64,000 nucleotides of DNA from a virus. Below the pieces are notes generated by a model. That model made no database searches and was not told the DNA's origin. It saw only the letters and a list, made by a program, of their open reading frames with translations. Below, piece by piece: positions 46,557 to 56,773 of this stretch. The stretch spans positions 8,412 to 72,411 of IMG/VR virus record IMGVR_UViG_3300045049_000070; one strand, 5' to 3'. The translations under genes and the position numbers were made by a program. Position 1 is the stretch's first letter. Each line of letters begins with the position of its first letter.

Positions 46557-46743
46557 ACTGCCCAAGGTGAGTCGACGTCGAATCGGCTCACCAAAGAGAC
46601 ACAAATGGATTCGTCTGTTTAGTCACAGTGAAGCACATGCTATTGTGAATCATCCAGATTGTCACCCAAACTGGACCGAATGTCCGACCTGTAAGAACGA
46701 CATTGTAAAGTGTGTAATCCTTAACAAACAAGGACAACCATGA
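46531..46743 (+). CDS. hypothetical protein with CxxC
   Basis: operon packing. Confidence 0.5.
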   Translation: MPNGKRSTKLPKVSRRRIGSPKRHKWIRLFSHSEAHAIVNHPDCHPNWTECPTCKNDIVKCVILNKQGQP

Positions 46744-46943
46744 ATCTTGCAGGATGGATGTTGTTAGTATTACTAGCTGACGGTTATCCGACAGCCATTC
46801 AGATGAGAAGCTATGACAGTTGTGTTAGCACGATGTTAGAACTGCACATCAAGGTTCCTGAAACGAAACCTACGTGTGTAAACAGAAATCCTTTGTACGA
46901 TGGATTTAGAGTAACTCCTCAATCTGTTACAGGAAAGAAATAA
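46740..46943 (+). CDS. small secreted/membrane protein
   Basis: AAGGA RBS; hydrophobic N-terminus. Confidence 0.55.
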   Translation: MNLAGWMLLVLLADGYPTAIQMRSYDSCVSTMLELHIKVPETKPTCVNRNPLYDGFRVTPQSVTGKK

Positions 46944-46944
46944 C

Positions 46945-47664
46945 ATGAACATCATCTTCCTACAAGGAGCTGGTGGAACAGGCAAGTCATCTGTAGTGAA
47001 GGAACTCAAACGTATGTACCCAAGTGGCGGAGTGTATACGTTGAGTTCCAGCACGCGTAAGACTTATGAGCGTCTTGGAATCCAAAGTGAAACCGATAGT
47101 CTTGTCATGGACGATGAGACTCGTGTACGGCTGCAAGAAGCAGTTATGGATGATTGGGCAACTGACATTCAAATCGCAGCCTGTCAGTTACAAGATGAAG
47201 AGAAAGAGTTCGGAGACCGACTATTAATCGTAGATAGAGGTCCATTCGATCGAATGGCTTATTGGCTACTGACGATGATGGAGTGTAATCCAGGTTCAGT
47301 AGACAACTATGTCAGCAAGATGAATAAAATGATTGCATGGTTGGATGGGCTTGAAGCTGACATCATGCTGTTTGTAGAGTTTCCTTATCCAGTCGCGTGG
47401 CCTACACAGGATAACTTCCGTACACCGAACGAGCTTCAGACAATGGCGTTATCTTTGATGATCAGCCAAATGTGTTTTCGTCACCATCAAGATGTGAAGG
47501 CTGTATCGAGATACTGGAACATTAATGAGATAGCACCTGCTGGAACAGCTTTGGATAGAGCTTCCAACATGATTACAAGGTATAGTCAGCTAGTTGACGT
47601 GTTCAAAGAGAGCTCGCGTATGCCGAAGAAGCGTGGATTTTTCGATCGTCTGACAGGTAGGTAA
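46945..47664 (+). CDS. P-loop nucleotide kinase-like (AAA_28/thymidylate kinase type)
   Basis: GAGGTGKS, IVDRGPFD. Confidence 0.75.
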   Translation: MNIIFLQGAGGTGKSSVVKELKRMYPSGGVYTLSSSTRKTYERLGIQSETDSLVMDDETRVRLQEAVMDDWATDIQIAACQLQDEEKEFGDRLLIVDRGPFDRMAYWLLTMMECNPGSVDNYVSKMNKMIAWLDGLEADIMLFVEFPYPVAWPTQDNFRTPNELQTMALSLMISQMCFRHHQDVKAVSRYWNINEIAPAGTALDRASNMITRYSQLVDVFKESSRMPKKRGFFDRLTGR

Positions 47665-48695
47665 TGGAGTACATCGGGATAGGAGATCTCCATTACGATA
47701 AAATGGACGGACTGGTTGAAAACGCAAATGACAAGATTAGCGCCTCGATCAGGAAAGTGTTCAAGTACGCCGTAGAAAATGGTGTTCGTCATGTCATCTT
47801 TTATGGTGACTTGTGTGAGCGCTATCGCATGTCATATGAAGCTCAAGTTTCATTCTATCAGATTGCCTTAGATCCTAAGTATGAAGATCTTGTTATACAT
47901 GCGATACTTGGCAATCATGACTTCGCTGAGACGGGGGCACATAGCCTAGAAGTGTTGAAGGTACTTGCTAACTTGATGGACAAGCGTCTGCGTGTGTATA
48001 CAGAGCAGAAGCTAGTAAAGCTGGATGGCAAGAAGTTCAACATGATGCCGCATCCAGTGCTAGAAACTCGTCGTGACTGTCTCAACATTGGTCACTTCGA
48101 AATGAAGAACAGTTTTCGAGATAATGGAAGGCAAATCGGCCATGGATTCACAACTGCCCATAAATGTTGTGTTGGACACTTACACACCAACCACCGAGTG
48201 CGAAGAGCACATTATAGTGGAACACTGTACCAGACAAACTTTGGAGAGTCCTTGCCAAAGTTTTTCCATCACGTACGGTACGAGGACGATGACCCATATT
48301 CTGTCGGAGTGGAGAGCGTTCCCTTCGATCCACCATGGAAGCTCATCAACTTACAGGTGAAATCAGAGTCAGACTTGAAAGCAATTGAAGACGACGAGAA
48401 CGTTCTCTATAAACTATTTGTGCACGAAGGTTTGGACCTCGACATTGGTGATGTGATGGCCGAACATCCGAATGTGGTGCGCCATAACAGATTTGCAAAT
48501 AAGAAGGAACTACAAGAGCTAATTCAGAACGAATGGGACTTTGAATCTGATTCGTTTGACAACAATTTCGATACTAAAGACGTCGTTGGCGATTACTTGA
48601 GAGAGAAAGCAAGGCTCAAACCAAAGGAAGTAAAGCGTGCGTTTAGTATGCTTGACCGCATTGTACAGAAACAACCAGCAACAACACAGGAGTAA
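47664..48695 (+). CDS. sbcD: SbcD/Mre11/gp47 nuclease
   Basis: GDLH, GD, GNHD, GHLH, YSG..Q..FGE. Confidence 0.9.
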   Translation: MEYIGIGDLHYDKMDGLVENANDKISASIRKVFKYAVENGVRHVIFYGDLCERYRMSYEAQVSFYQIALDPKYEDLVIHAILGNHDFAETGAHSLEVLKVLANLMDKRLRVYTEQKLVKLDGKKFNMMPHPVLETRRDCLNIGHFEMKNSFRDNGRQIGHGFTTAHKCCVGHLHTNHRVRRAHYSGTLYQTNFGESLPKFFHHVRYEDDDPYSVGVESVPFDPPWKLINLQVKSESDLKAIEDDENVLYKLFVHEGLDLDIGDVMAEHPNVVRHNRFANKKELQELIQNEWDFESDSFDNNFDTKDVVGDYLREKARLKPKEVKRAFSMLDRIVQKQPATTQE

Positions 48696-48698
48696 ATT

Positions 48699-48998
48699 AT
48701 GAAGTGCACTGACCCAGGACATCAATATGAGATCGAAGGCAACCAGACTCTTCGTTTCCTTAAGAAGGAACGTAATGGCACGGGTGCCGAATTGAAGACA
48801 ACTATTACAGGCACCACGAATGAGGAGCTGATCGAAGTGCTACTCGATCGACTGAATCATCTTAATAGCATGTTTCCATGTGTTGAGAACGAACGTGCTA
48901 TTGGCCACCTAATCCAAGCTAAAGATTGGTTGGATCTACGAACAAGTAAACGTCAGTCTCAAGGCGTTGAAGGAACTGCACAATCTCATCAATCATGA
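48699..48998 (+). CDS. tad1: Tad1-like anti-defence nucleotide sponge
   Basis: G...EELI.VL.DRL...FPC.EN..AI.H...A..WL..R...R...GVEGT matches the Tad1 C-terminal helical hairpin as recalled. Confidence 0.75.
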   Translation: MKCTDPGHQYEIEGNQTLRFLKKERNGTGAELKTTITGTTNEELIEVLLDRLNHLNSMFPCVENERAIGHLIQAKDWLDLRTSKRQSQGVEGTAQSHQS

Positions 48999-49564
48999 TG
49001 GTAACTCTGCTCGATGACAGCTTTCTGACGCACGAGCACGAAACTGTCGTACGCTGCTACCAGAAGACGCCGTTCGAGCAAGTAACATGGGATCATCTGA
49101 ACAAGGTGATCTCTGTCACCAACGAGCTCGAGCCTCCTCTGGCTGACTCTGATCGGCAAGTGCAGATATTCTACTACGCAAAGGTAAAGGATGATTTCCT
49201 TGGCTACGTGAAGGACTGTGTAATAGCCACTTGGATGCAGGCTCTGTTGGACTCACAAGGATGGGACAGTACATTCCTGGCTCATCCAATGGCTGGCGTG
49301 AAGCGTGGGCGCCTACCGATGGCCGTTGCTCCTGAAGGTTTTGCACTATCAGCAGTGCAATGCGATCAGGCTTTCGAACTTCATCTCAATCCAATCAAGT
49401 ACGTCTATGGATGTACTTCCGTCTGCTTGTGGGGCAACGAACTGTTTAGGAACGGTAAATGGGTAAAGAACAACGGCTTCGAAGCAGCGCAGGCGAATTA
49501 CTCAAATGTACGCCTTGACTATGCTTGTTTAGGTGCAGTGTTTCCAAATCTACTAGATTCATGA
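48995..49564 (+). CDS. hypothetical protein
   Basis: ATGA coupling at both ends. Confidence 0.7.
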   Translation: MMVTLLDDSFLTHEHETVVRCYQKTPFEQVTWDHLNKVISVTNELEPPLADSDRQVQIFYYAKVKDDFLGYVKDCVIATWMQALLDSQGWDSTFLAHPMAGVKRGRLPMAVAPEGFALSAVQCDQAFELHLNPIKYVYGCTSVCLWGNELFRNGKWVKNNGFEAAQANYSNVRLDYACLGAVFPNLLDS

Positions 49565-49947
49565 TTCCGTTCGAGGTTATGAAGGCTGTCAACGCAGCAT
49601 ACGTTGACTTTACGATATCAGACTTGTCACCCAAGACAATCGTGGTGCGGGTTAGGAATGCATTGATACATCTGAACTATCCGATTACGCATCTGGTAAT
49701 TAGTAAAGACGTAATGAGTCAGATCGTTTCTGAAGACTGGTGGTCTCAAAGCATGGATCCGGTAACGCAAGTGGAAACCACGGCAGGCGTGATAGGTACT
49801 CTATATGGGATGACTGTCTGTTCTGACTTCGTTGGCAACGTGCCTAAGGAATCGGTGCTCGAACCAAAAACATTGGCTGCAGTCGTCGTTCACCCAAAAC
49901 TTGTAATCAACAAAGTTAGATATTTGCCTATTGCGACGAGACCATGA
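49561..49947 (+). CDS. hypothetical protein resembling a major capsid protein fragment
   Basis: MDPVTQVE..AGVIGTLYGMTV.SD....VL. Confidence 0.5.
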   Translation: MIPFEVMKAVNAAYVDFTISDLSPKTIVVRVRNALIHLNYPITHLVISKDVMSQIVSEDWWSQSMDPVTQVETTAGVIGTLYGMTVCSDFVGNVPKESVLEPKTLAAVVVHPKLVINKVRYLPIATRP

Positions 49948-51035
49948 GTAAAAAATCTGAAACGAAAGACGTTGGCGCACAGTTTCATAATCTCTACAGA
50001 CCAAAGACACTTGAGAAAGTAATTGGACAAGAAGCGGCTGTGAAACGGCTCAATGGAATTATAGAAAGCAAACGCTATCCGTCAACGATGCTCTTCACTG
50101 GACCACCGAGTTCTGGGAAGACCACGTTGGCGAGAGCATTTGCAGCCGGTGTTTTTGGTACAAAACACATCAAGCACCACCCTGACTTCCACGAGCTAAA
50201 CGGGGCTGCTGAAGGTAATATCGACAACATCCGCAGCGTGATGCGAATGGCACGTTTACGCCCACGAACCGGACCACGGCGCATCATCATGATTGATGAA
50301 TGTCACGGACTAACTGGACAAAGCCTCGAGGCGGTGTTGAAGCCTCTGGAGGAGCCGCCGCCGTTCACGATGTTCATTCTTGGAACAAGTGAACCGGAAA
50401 AACTAAAGTCGTCGCTGAAGACACGCGGTTCGCACTTTGCGCTTAAACCATACTCGCGTGAAGAAGTTCTAAAGTACATTAAACGAATTGTCAAGCTTGA
50501 GGACATGTCTTACATGACTGATGAGCTGATGGCAACTGTTGCAGAAAACTCCAATGGGGAACTACGCACTGTCTGTCAGCTGCTGGAAGCAATTGTCCAA
50601 ACAGCAGGCAAAGACGGAAAGGTAAAGAAGGAAGATGTACTACAGTCACTGTCCTCTGTTGAGACAGATGATGCCAAAGTAGCGATGAATATCCTTTTCG
50701 AAGCATATTCAGGCAACATGGAAGGTGTGTATCGTCATCTGTTGGATACCACTGATGGCTTCCGTATGGTGCAATTGCTTCTTGGCTTTAACAGCTTCCT
50801 AATCAATGCAACGACTCTCAAAGGTGAAAAGCATCGGTCTGTTTGGTGGAATAAAAACAACAAAGACTTGTGGGAAGCGATCAAAGAACTGAAGGTAGAC
50901 TTACGTAATATGTCTATCGTGCAGTCGTACCTAATTAGCGCCAGATCCAGGAGCGGTGCATTTATGGTTAGTGAGCAAATGCTTCTTGGAGACGAGATCT
51001 TTAAAGCTGTGTCGGTGATCAAGAAGTCAAAATGA
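49944..51035 (+). CDS. clamp loader ATPase (DnaX gamma/RFC-like)
   Basis: YRPKTL..VIGQ, GPPSSGKTT, IDECH, LK.LEEPP. Confidence 0.9.
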   Translation: MSKKSETKDVGAQFHNLYRPKTLEKVIGQEAAVKRLNGIIESKRYPSTMLFTGPPSSGKTTLARAFAAGVFGTKHIKHHPDFHELNGAAEGNIDNIRSVMRMARLRPRTGPRRIIMIDECHGLTGQSLEAVLKPLEEPPPFTMFILGTSEPEKLKSSLKTRGSHFALKPYSREEVLKYIKRIVKLEDMSYMTDELMATVAENSNGELRTVCQLLEAIVQTAGKDGKVKKEDVLQSLSSVETDDAKVAMNILFEAYSGNMEGVYRHLLDTTDGFRMVQLLLGFNSFLINATTLKGEKHRSVWWNKNNKDLWEAIKELKVDLRNMSIVQSYLISARSRSGAFMVSEQMLLGDEIFKAVSVIKKSK

Positions 51036-51508
51036 AGCTTAGACCAGTAGATACTCGTCCGTTGCTGGACGACATGTGGAACTTTTATCGGTACGCGACA
51101 CCGCACAGTACAGACGAGAACTATCTTAAAAACGGTGCACTCAGGCACGGGAAGACGCTGTGGTTTAAGGACGGGCAGGGCCGCATATGGCACTGGAACG
51201 GACTGTATTCGAGTTGTCTGGGTTTCATCTTGGGATACGCTCAAGAACAAGAACGACACTTGGGATACGCGTACATCCATTGTCTAGAAGCGGGCCAATG
51301 TATTGATAAACATTCGGATAACTTGCCGTATCATTCAACGATAGATAGGTATCAAGTTTATCTAAACTGGCCAGATGGGTGCGGATATGAATACGATGGT
51401 GAGTTGATGCCCAATCATTTACTTTGGTTTGATCATACGAAGGAACATGCCTTCTGGAACAAGGGTAAGGATCCATGGTACATGCTCGTTTTTGATTTAC
51501 TCAAATGA
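51032..51508 (+). CDS. 2OG-Fe(II) oxygenase (Asp/Asn beta-hydroxylase-like)
   Basis: IDKHSD (HxD), WFDHTKEH..N. Confidence 0.7.
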   Translation: MKLRPVDTRPLLDDMWNFYRYATPHSTDENYLKNGALRHGKTLWFKDGQGRIWHWNGLYSSCLGFILGYAQEQERHLGYAYIHCLEAGQCIDKHSDNLPYHSTIDRYQVYLNWPDGCGYEYDGELMPNHLLWFDHTKEHAFWNKGKDPWYMLVFDLLK

Positions 51509-51669
51509 TGTCTAAGAAACCGAAACCAGAGGTTAAAGGCAAGAAGCTTTCTCCCAAAGATTTCAGCACTGGTGGATTCTTTTCACAGGAAGAGCTCAAG
51601 GAACTCGGTGTTCCGAAAAGCAAACGGAAACTACCGCCAGTAGGTAAGTCAAAGACCAAGAAACCATGA
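51505..51669 (+). CDS. small basic protein (54 aa, not in ORF track)
   Basis: ATGA overlaps at both ends. Confidence 0.5.
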   Translation: MMSKKPKPEVKGKKLSPKDFSTGGFFSQEELKELGVPKSKRKLPPVGKSKTKKP

Positions 51670-51977
51670 AATTCCGCAAGGGGGATAAAGTTTGTGCCTT
51701 GCTCGTAGCTAACAAATGGGGTGTAGACTTCACGTGCTTCTGTGGCAAGTTGGTGAAGATAGAAGAACGCGGATCCCTTCTTGTCGCGAAGATCATGGTT
51801 AGCACGTATTACGATCTGTACAAAAAGCAGAAGCACAAACCTTCTGAATTCAGCTTAGACGTACGTCTGTTCAAACTTCTGCCATGGAACGAACAAACAA
51901 AGGAGTATGTCAAGAGCGTAAGAAAGGCTAGCCAAACGCTGCACGAGGTTACTTGTAAAGTAAGATCAACAAAGTAA
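51666..51977 (+). CDS. hypothetical protein
   Basis: ATGA coupling. Confidence 0.6.
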   Translation: MKFRKGDKVCALLVANKWGVDFTCFCGKLVKIEERGSLLVAKIMVSTYYDLYKKQKHKPSEFSLDVRLFKLLPWNEQTKEYVKSVRKASQTLHEVTCKVRSTK

Positions 51978-51993
51978 CGACCAACAATCTGCC

Positions 51994-54216
51994 GTGAAGT
52001 TATTAGAACTAGAACTGAAGAACGTAAAACCGTTCAAGAGCGCATTGCTAGATCTTGATTATGAAGGCGTAACCGTCATCAAAGGACTGAACAAGGACGA
52101 TGGGCCGAAGGCTAGCAATGCAGCGGGTAAAAGCCGGTTGATCTCTGCTTTGCCTGACCTTGTGCTTGATGAAAGTCCTAATGGCAAAGAAGACAAGATC
52201 AAGGGGCAGAAGCGCAAGAAGCAGTTGACTCGTGTTCGTTTCATGAAGGGGAAACACGAGTACGACATAACGAAGAAGATTGGTAAGGGAAAGAGCTACG
52301 AGATAGTCAAGGATGGCAAGTCGATTGACGTACGAACAGTCAAATACAGTCAGCAGAAAATACAGAAGCTGTTTGGTATGTCAGAAACGCAGTTCTATAC
52401 TCGTTTCTACATCGACGGAACTATTCCACACGTTCTGATCACTGGAAGTGCAAAACACAGACAAGAGTACATAGTCGATCTGTTCGATTTAGGTAACATC
52501 GATAGCATCCGCAGGCTATTGAATGCAGAACTTACCGCAGTGTCAAAGAAGGCTGTCGAATATAAGACAGTTAAGAGGACACTGGATGAACTACGTGAAG
52601 ACTTACTTCCTAAAGAGAAGCGAATTGCCATTCGTGAACGCTTAGAAAAGCTGAAATCCAAGCAGGAACGTTTATCTGAATCACTTAAGAACAGCCAACA
52701 TGTTAGCCAACTATTGACATTTGAACGCCAGAACAAGCAGTTACTGGGACGATTCCATAAGTTGGGCATTACAAGTGATCCTGCAGAAGAGTTACAAGAT
52801 CTTCGCAAACGGATTGGTCGCATACAGCTCGACAGATCTAGTTACCACGAATGGGAAGCATACGATAAAGCATTAAATAGCTGGAAGAAGTCATTTGCTC
52901 CAGTTAAGCAGATGCTGGATAGACTAGGTACTGATCTAGAAACAGCTAAGAAGAAGGCACACGAAGCTGGAACAGCAGCCGCTCAACTAAGTGCTTTAGA
53001 TGCAGCTCGTGATCCAGGCACCAAACCCGAACTAGTTGAACGACCGAAGTTTGACCATGATGAATGCAAAATCAAGGTACGTCACTACAAAGATGAATTA
53101 GAACATTCTAAGTCGTTTAAGGACGGCAGGTGTTCTCTATGCGGATCCAAGGTAAAGGCACGCTCGCGTGATGAGATAAAGGCAGATCTTGAGAAATGGG
53201 TAAAGCGCATAAACGCCTGCGAGAAGTATGTCTTATATGAGAACCGCATTCGTGAATGGAAGGAACGTAAACGCGCCTACGATGAGAACGTCGAACAAGC
53301 CAATGCACTGTCGGCAAAGATTGAAGCGCGCGCCCCGTATGTAGATGTGGTAAATGCGGCGTCTGATTTGCGCGCAAAGCCACAGAAACCTCTCTGTGAC
53401 AGGCCAAAGGAGTTTGACGAAGCCCTATTAGAAAGGCTCGAACGTCGTCGTGAACTATTGCGATCAATTCATGATGTATGGACTACAATTCAAGAACTTC
53501 AAACACTCACCGTTGAAAAGCGCGCAACTGCAGAGGAAGCAGAGTCGCAAGTACAACGACTGAACGAGATCATGGGTGAGATTAATGATCTCACCACCAA
53601 GGATGTAAAACAGCAGGAAGTGATCCGCCGTATGCGCGGCCTCAAAGAACGCTGTGCTGCTCTATGGGAAGAATGTAAGGACGAGAAACTTCTAAAAGCC
53701 CTTGTTGGAGCCTATTCGACATCGGGCCTAAAGAAGTTCATGATTGAACGATACTCGAAACTGCTAGAACAGCAGATAAACAAGTACCGGAAGATGTTCT
53801 TCTCTGAAGACTATACGTTTGAGTTCCAATACGATAATGGACTCAAGGTGTTGGTTCATAGAAAGTATGGAAAGCGTGTGGAAACTAGTGACGTGCGCAA
53901 GCTAAGTGGCGCAGAGAAGAGGTTCTTTACATTGCTATCTGTAGTTGCTACGAACACAATGCTTCCAGCAAAGAAACGATTGAACGTTCTGATACTGGAT
54001 GAACCAGAATCACAGATGGGAGAACCAGCAATTGAAAGATTCGTACAAACACTATCAATACTACGGCGACTTGTCCCTCACATCATTGTCGTCACCCCCA
54101 AAACAAGTCTTGATATCCCAGATTCTAGGTCGTTTACTGTCGTCAAACAAAATGGTATATCCCGTCTCGTACGGGACAAGACTCGCGGAGTTGGTAGACA
54201 ACAAGATGAAATATAG
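51994..54216 (+). CDS. sbcC: SbcC/Rad50/gp46 ATPase
   Basis: SNAAGKS Walker A, coiled coils, CSLC zinc hook, LSGAE, LDEPE. Confidence 0.9.
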   Translation: MKLLELELKNVKPFKSALLDLDYEGVTVIKGLNKDDGPKASNAAGKSRLISALPDLVLDESPNGKEDKIKGQKRKKQLTRVRFMKGKHEYDITKKIGKGKSYEIVKDGKSIDVRTVKYSQQKIQKLFGMSETQFYTRFYIDGTIPHVLITGSAKHRQEYIVDLFDLGNIDSIRRLLNAELTAVSKKAVEYKTVKRTLDELREDLLPKEKRIAIRERLEKLKSKQERLSESLKNSQHVSQLLTFERQNKQLLGRFHKLGITSDPAEELQDLRKRIGRIQLDRSSYHEWEAYDKALNSWKKSFAPVKQMLDRLGTDLETAKKKAHEAGTAAAQLSALDAARDPGTKPELVERPKFDHDECKIKVRHYKDELEHSKSFKDGRCSLCGSKVKARSRDEIKADLEKWVKRINACEKYVLYENRIREWKERKRAYDENVEQANALSAKIEARAPYVDVVNAASDLRAKPQKPLCDRPKEFDEALLERLERRRELLRSIHDVWTTIQELQTLTVEKRATAEEAESQVQRLNEIMGEINDLTTKDVKQQEVIRRMRGLKERCAALWEECKDEKLLKALVGAYSTSGLKKFMIERYSKLLEQQINKYRKMFFSEDYTFEFQYDNGLKVLVHRKYGKRVETSDVRKLSGAEKRFFTLLSVVATNTMLPAKKRLNVLILDEPESQMGEPAIERFVQTLSILRRLVPHIIVVTPKTSLDIPDSRSFTVVKQNGISRLVRDKTRGVGRQQDEI

Positions 54217-54291
54217 AACGCCTGGATTCGGCCAATGTGTACACGGGTCTACGTATAAACAATGCGAGTTCTGTTCGCAGAACGATTAACA

Positions 54292-54456
54292 ATGAATGCA
54301 AAACAAGGGCTCATCTTTCTTGGCATTCCGCTTTTGATGTACGTGCTGCAAGGGGTATTGGTCTACTGGACTAATCACCGATACGGTATGGCGATTGCTA
54401 TGTTCGCATATGCAGTTGCCAACGTAGGTCTGATAATGGACATGTTTGGTATCTAG
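54292..54456 (+). CDS. small two-TM membrane protein
   Basis: two hydrophobic helices. Confidence 0.6.
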   Translation: MNAKQGLIFLGIPLLMYVLQGVLVYWTNHRYGMAIAMFAYAVANVGLIMDMFGI

Positions 54457-54457
54457 A

Positions 54458-54466
54458 TAATTTGAT
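54458..54466 (+). promoter_or_regulatory. candidate phage late promoter TAATTTGAT
   Basis: recurrent motif immediately after a stop codon. Confidence 0.5.
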
Positions 54467-54908
54467 GGCGTACACACTGTCACATAGGGAGACTACGATG
54501 GACCTCCACAACCTGAATATACGCCTTCTGGAATACAAACAAATAGCATGGACATGTATTGCAACGCATGATCCAGAAGAAATACATGCAGAGCTAATGT
54601 CGGCGCGTGTAGCTAGCGGAATCACGCATGATGTTGCTCTGGTGATGAGTAACAGTCTATGGATACCATGGTGGAAGAATCCAAAACTTCTACGCTCATT
54701 CAAGCAATGCAACGTATCAGACTATAACTCACGTGGAGTGATAGGAGTATGGGCGTCAATGCATAGCACGGACGAAGTGGTTGTTATGACAGATGTCAAC
54801 GTAAACAAAGATGATCGTACGATCAGCACAATGAGCTTTGCGTTTCTGCACATTTCCCAAGTCAAATATCCTCGTCAGTACGACGCCCCTGCAAGGAGAA
54901 TAACATGA
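54462..54908 (+). CDS. hypothetical protein
   Basis: true start probably the downstream ATG after the AGGGAG RBS. Confidence 0.6.
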   Translation: MMAYTLSHRETTMDLHNLNIRLLEYKQIAWTCIATHDPEEIHAELMSARVASGITHDVALVMSNSLWIPWWKNPKLLRSFKQCNVSDYNSRGVIGVWASMHSTDEVVVMTDVNVNKDDRTISTMSFAFLHISQVKYPRQYDAPARRIT

Positions 54909-54927
54909 CAAGATACAAACTTCAAAA

Positions 54928-55680
54928 ATGATCGTTGCAGTATTTGGTGTTCCAGGTCTTTCGTTCGCAGAATTGACATACTTGCTGACAGAACTCGGAA
55001 TCGGGTTTATGGCAGTAACGGATAAACCGCATAGGATTGGGCAACCGAGTCAAAATCATATAGTTCCGGTGGTATTTGGTTCCGTACGTTCGTTCTTGCA
55101 GCATTATCAAAAGATCAAATTTAGATCAGTTGCTTTTGTCTGTGACACATACACAAAATTGGCAATAGAGCATGGATTTGGCGTACTTGGTGTAAATAAA
55201 CTAAGCAGCAAACGACACGAATATACGCAATTCCATGTTCAAGAACTTGGGGCCATTCTACAATCTGTGGACGGGCTGAGGATGCCGATAACGGCAGAAA
55301 ATTTGATCGAACCCAAGGCCTACGATCCAGCTGCCGAGATGATCTCCAAGTTCTCACAATCGGCATTGACCCAAACCCAATCACTGATGTACAAAGTGAA
55401 AAACCAAGAGTTACGGTCAAAGACATTTTTGTTGGTCAAGAGTTGGTTCCTCGGCGATATCAAAAGTAGTGATACGTTACGCAGTAGACTGAAAAATATA
55501 CACAGTAGTGATAAATATGTTGATGACCTGATGGTCGTAATGACAGCATCAGAAGGTCAAGCGTTACGTAGGGTAACGATTGAAAGCCGGAAGAATCCAA
55601 ACAGAATAGAAGTCTTGACCAAAAGAGCAAATATCAGCCCGTTTGATGTGCGATACTTGCTGAGCAAAGGAAATCGGTAA
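54928..55680 (+). CDS. hypothetical protein
   Basis: 250 aa ORF. Confidence 0.75.
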   Translation: MIVAVFGVPGLSFAELTYLLTELGIGFMAVTDKPHRIGQPSQNHIVPVVFGSVRSFLQHYQKIKFRSVAFVCDTYTKLAIEHGFGVLGVNKLSSKRHEYTQFHVQELGAILQSVDGLRMPITAENLIEPKAYDPAAEMISKFSQSALTQTQSLMYKVKNQELRSKTFLLVKSWFLGDIKSSDTLRSRLKNIHSSDKYVDDLMVVMTASEGQALRRVTIESRKNPNRIEVLTKRANISPFDVRYLLSKGNR

Positions 55681-55916
55681 TGCACGAATGGTCGTGGTGC
55701 AGTCTATGTGAAATCTGGACAACCGTTTGCGGAACTTGTGGAAACAATGTTTGCAACGGAGGAATGGGTGAAGAAATGGGTCCAGAACCAGGAACGATGA
55801 TTCCTTGTCGTTCGTGTGAATCTGCATATCAAATGTGGAAGAACTACAAAGGAAATATAAGTGACGAACACCACAAGCCACAGTCAATCAACAGTCAGTT
55901 CAAATCCGTGGGATAG
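55680..55916 (+). CDS. small zinc-finger protein
   Basis: three CxxC motifs. Confidence 0.6.
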   Translation: MHEWSWCSLCEIWTTVCGTCGNNVCNGGMGEEMGPEPGTMIPCRSCESAYQMWKNYKGNISDEHHKPQSINSQFKSVG

Positions 55917-56049
55917 AACAAGGATTAAACTCCGTAGAGAATTAAGACCTGAATTCAGGGAATATCTTTGGTCTGATTACTACAATGGATATATTCCAAT
56001 TCACATTGACTCTGGATATTGTATTGACAGGCCAGATTACGTAAATGTG

Positions 56050-56058
56050 TAATTTGAT
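56050..56058 (+). promoter_or_regulatory. candidate phage late promoter TAATTTGAT
   Basis: recurrent motif, upstream of Ig-like structural gene. Confidence 0.55.
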
Positions 56059-56096
56059 GTCACAGACACGGCGTAGAGACGCCAACAAGGAATTCC

Positions 56097-56762
56097 ATGG
56101 CAACCACAGTATCTAGAACATCACTAATTCCGATCGTACGTTTAGCAACCAAAACAGTCGTTGGCGCGTTAAACATTGGATCTATTGTGAATTTTGTCGG
56201 CACAGAGACATCGTATACGCTGCCGTCAACAAAAGTCGTTACGATCCAGAAATGGGTGTCAGATGGACCGAATACGACTGGCAACGGACCATTCTTCATG
56301 GCAATGGTGATAGATGAGCCGACGTATAAATCTGGAGCCTATAAAGGGTACGCAGAATTTACCGATCAAGATTCGCTAGCGCCTTCAACATTTTTTACAA
56401 TGTCTGCCGGTCTGGTGAATAGAGAGGTAGACACGGCAGGCGCTTTGATGGACACCATGTCTACTGTTGCCCAACGAACATTGACCGCTCCGACAAATAC
56501 TGTTCTGCCAGCGATTACCGGAACTGGAGCACACGGATCAGCACTGACGGCCAGCACGGGAACGTGGACCGTTTCGGGTCTAAACAATACGTTGACATAC
56601 ACGTATCAATGGAACTCCAACGCAGTAGTGATTCCAGGAGCTACGACAAACTCGTATACTCCTGTTGTAGGTGATGTAGGACATCAAATCACAGTAACAG
56701 TGACGGCAAACAACGGACCAGAAGCAACATCTGCCACGAGCAACCCAATCACAGTCACTTAA
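56097..56762 (+). CDS. virion protein with C-terminal Ig-like domain
   Basis: PTNTVLPAITG..LTAS.GTW...YTYQW..GAT..SY..DVG..ITVTVTA. Confidence 0.75.
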   Translation: MATTVSRTSLIPIVRLATKTVVGALNIGSIVNFVGTETSYTLPSTKVVTIQKWVSDGPNTTGNGPFFMAMVIDEPTYKSGAYKGYAEFTDQDSLAPSTFFTMSAGLVNREVDTAGALMDTMSTVAQRTLTAPTNTVLPAITGTGAHGSALTASTGTWTVSGLNNTLTYTYQWNSNAVVIPGATTNSYTPVVGDVGHQITVTVTANNGPEATSATSNPITVT

Positions 56763-56773
56763 TAGAAGGACTA

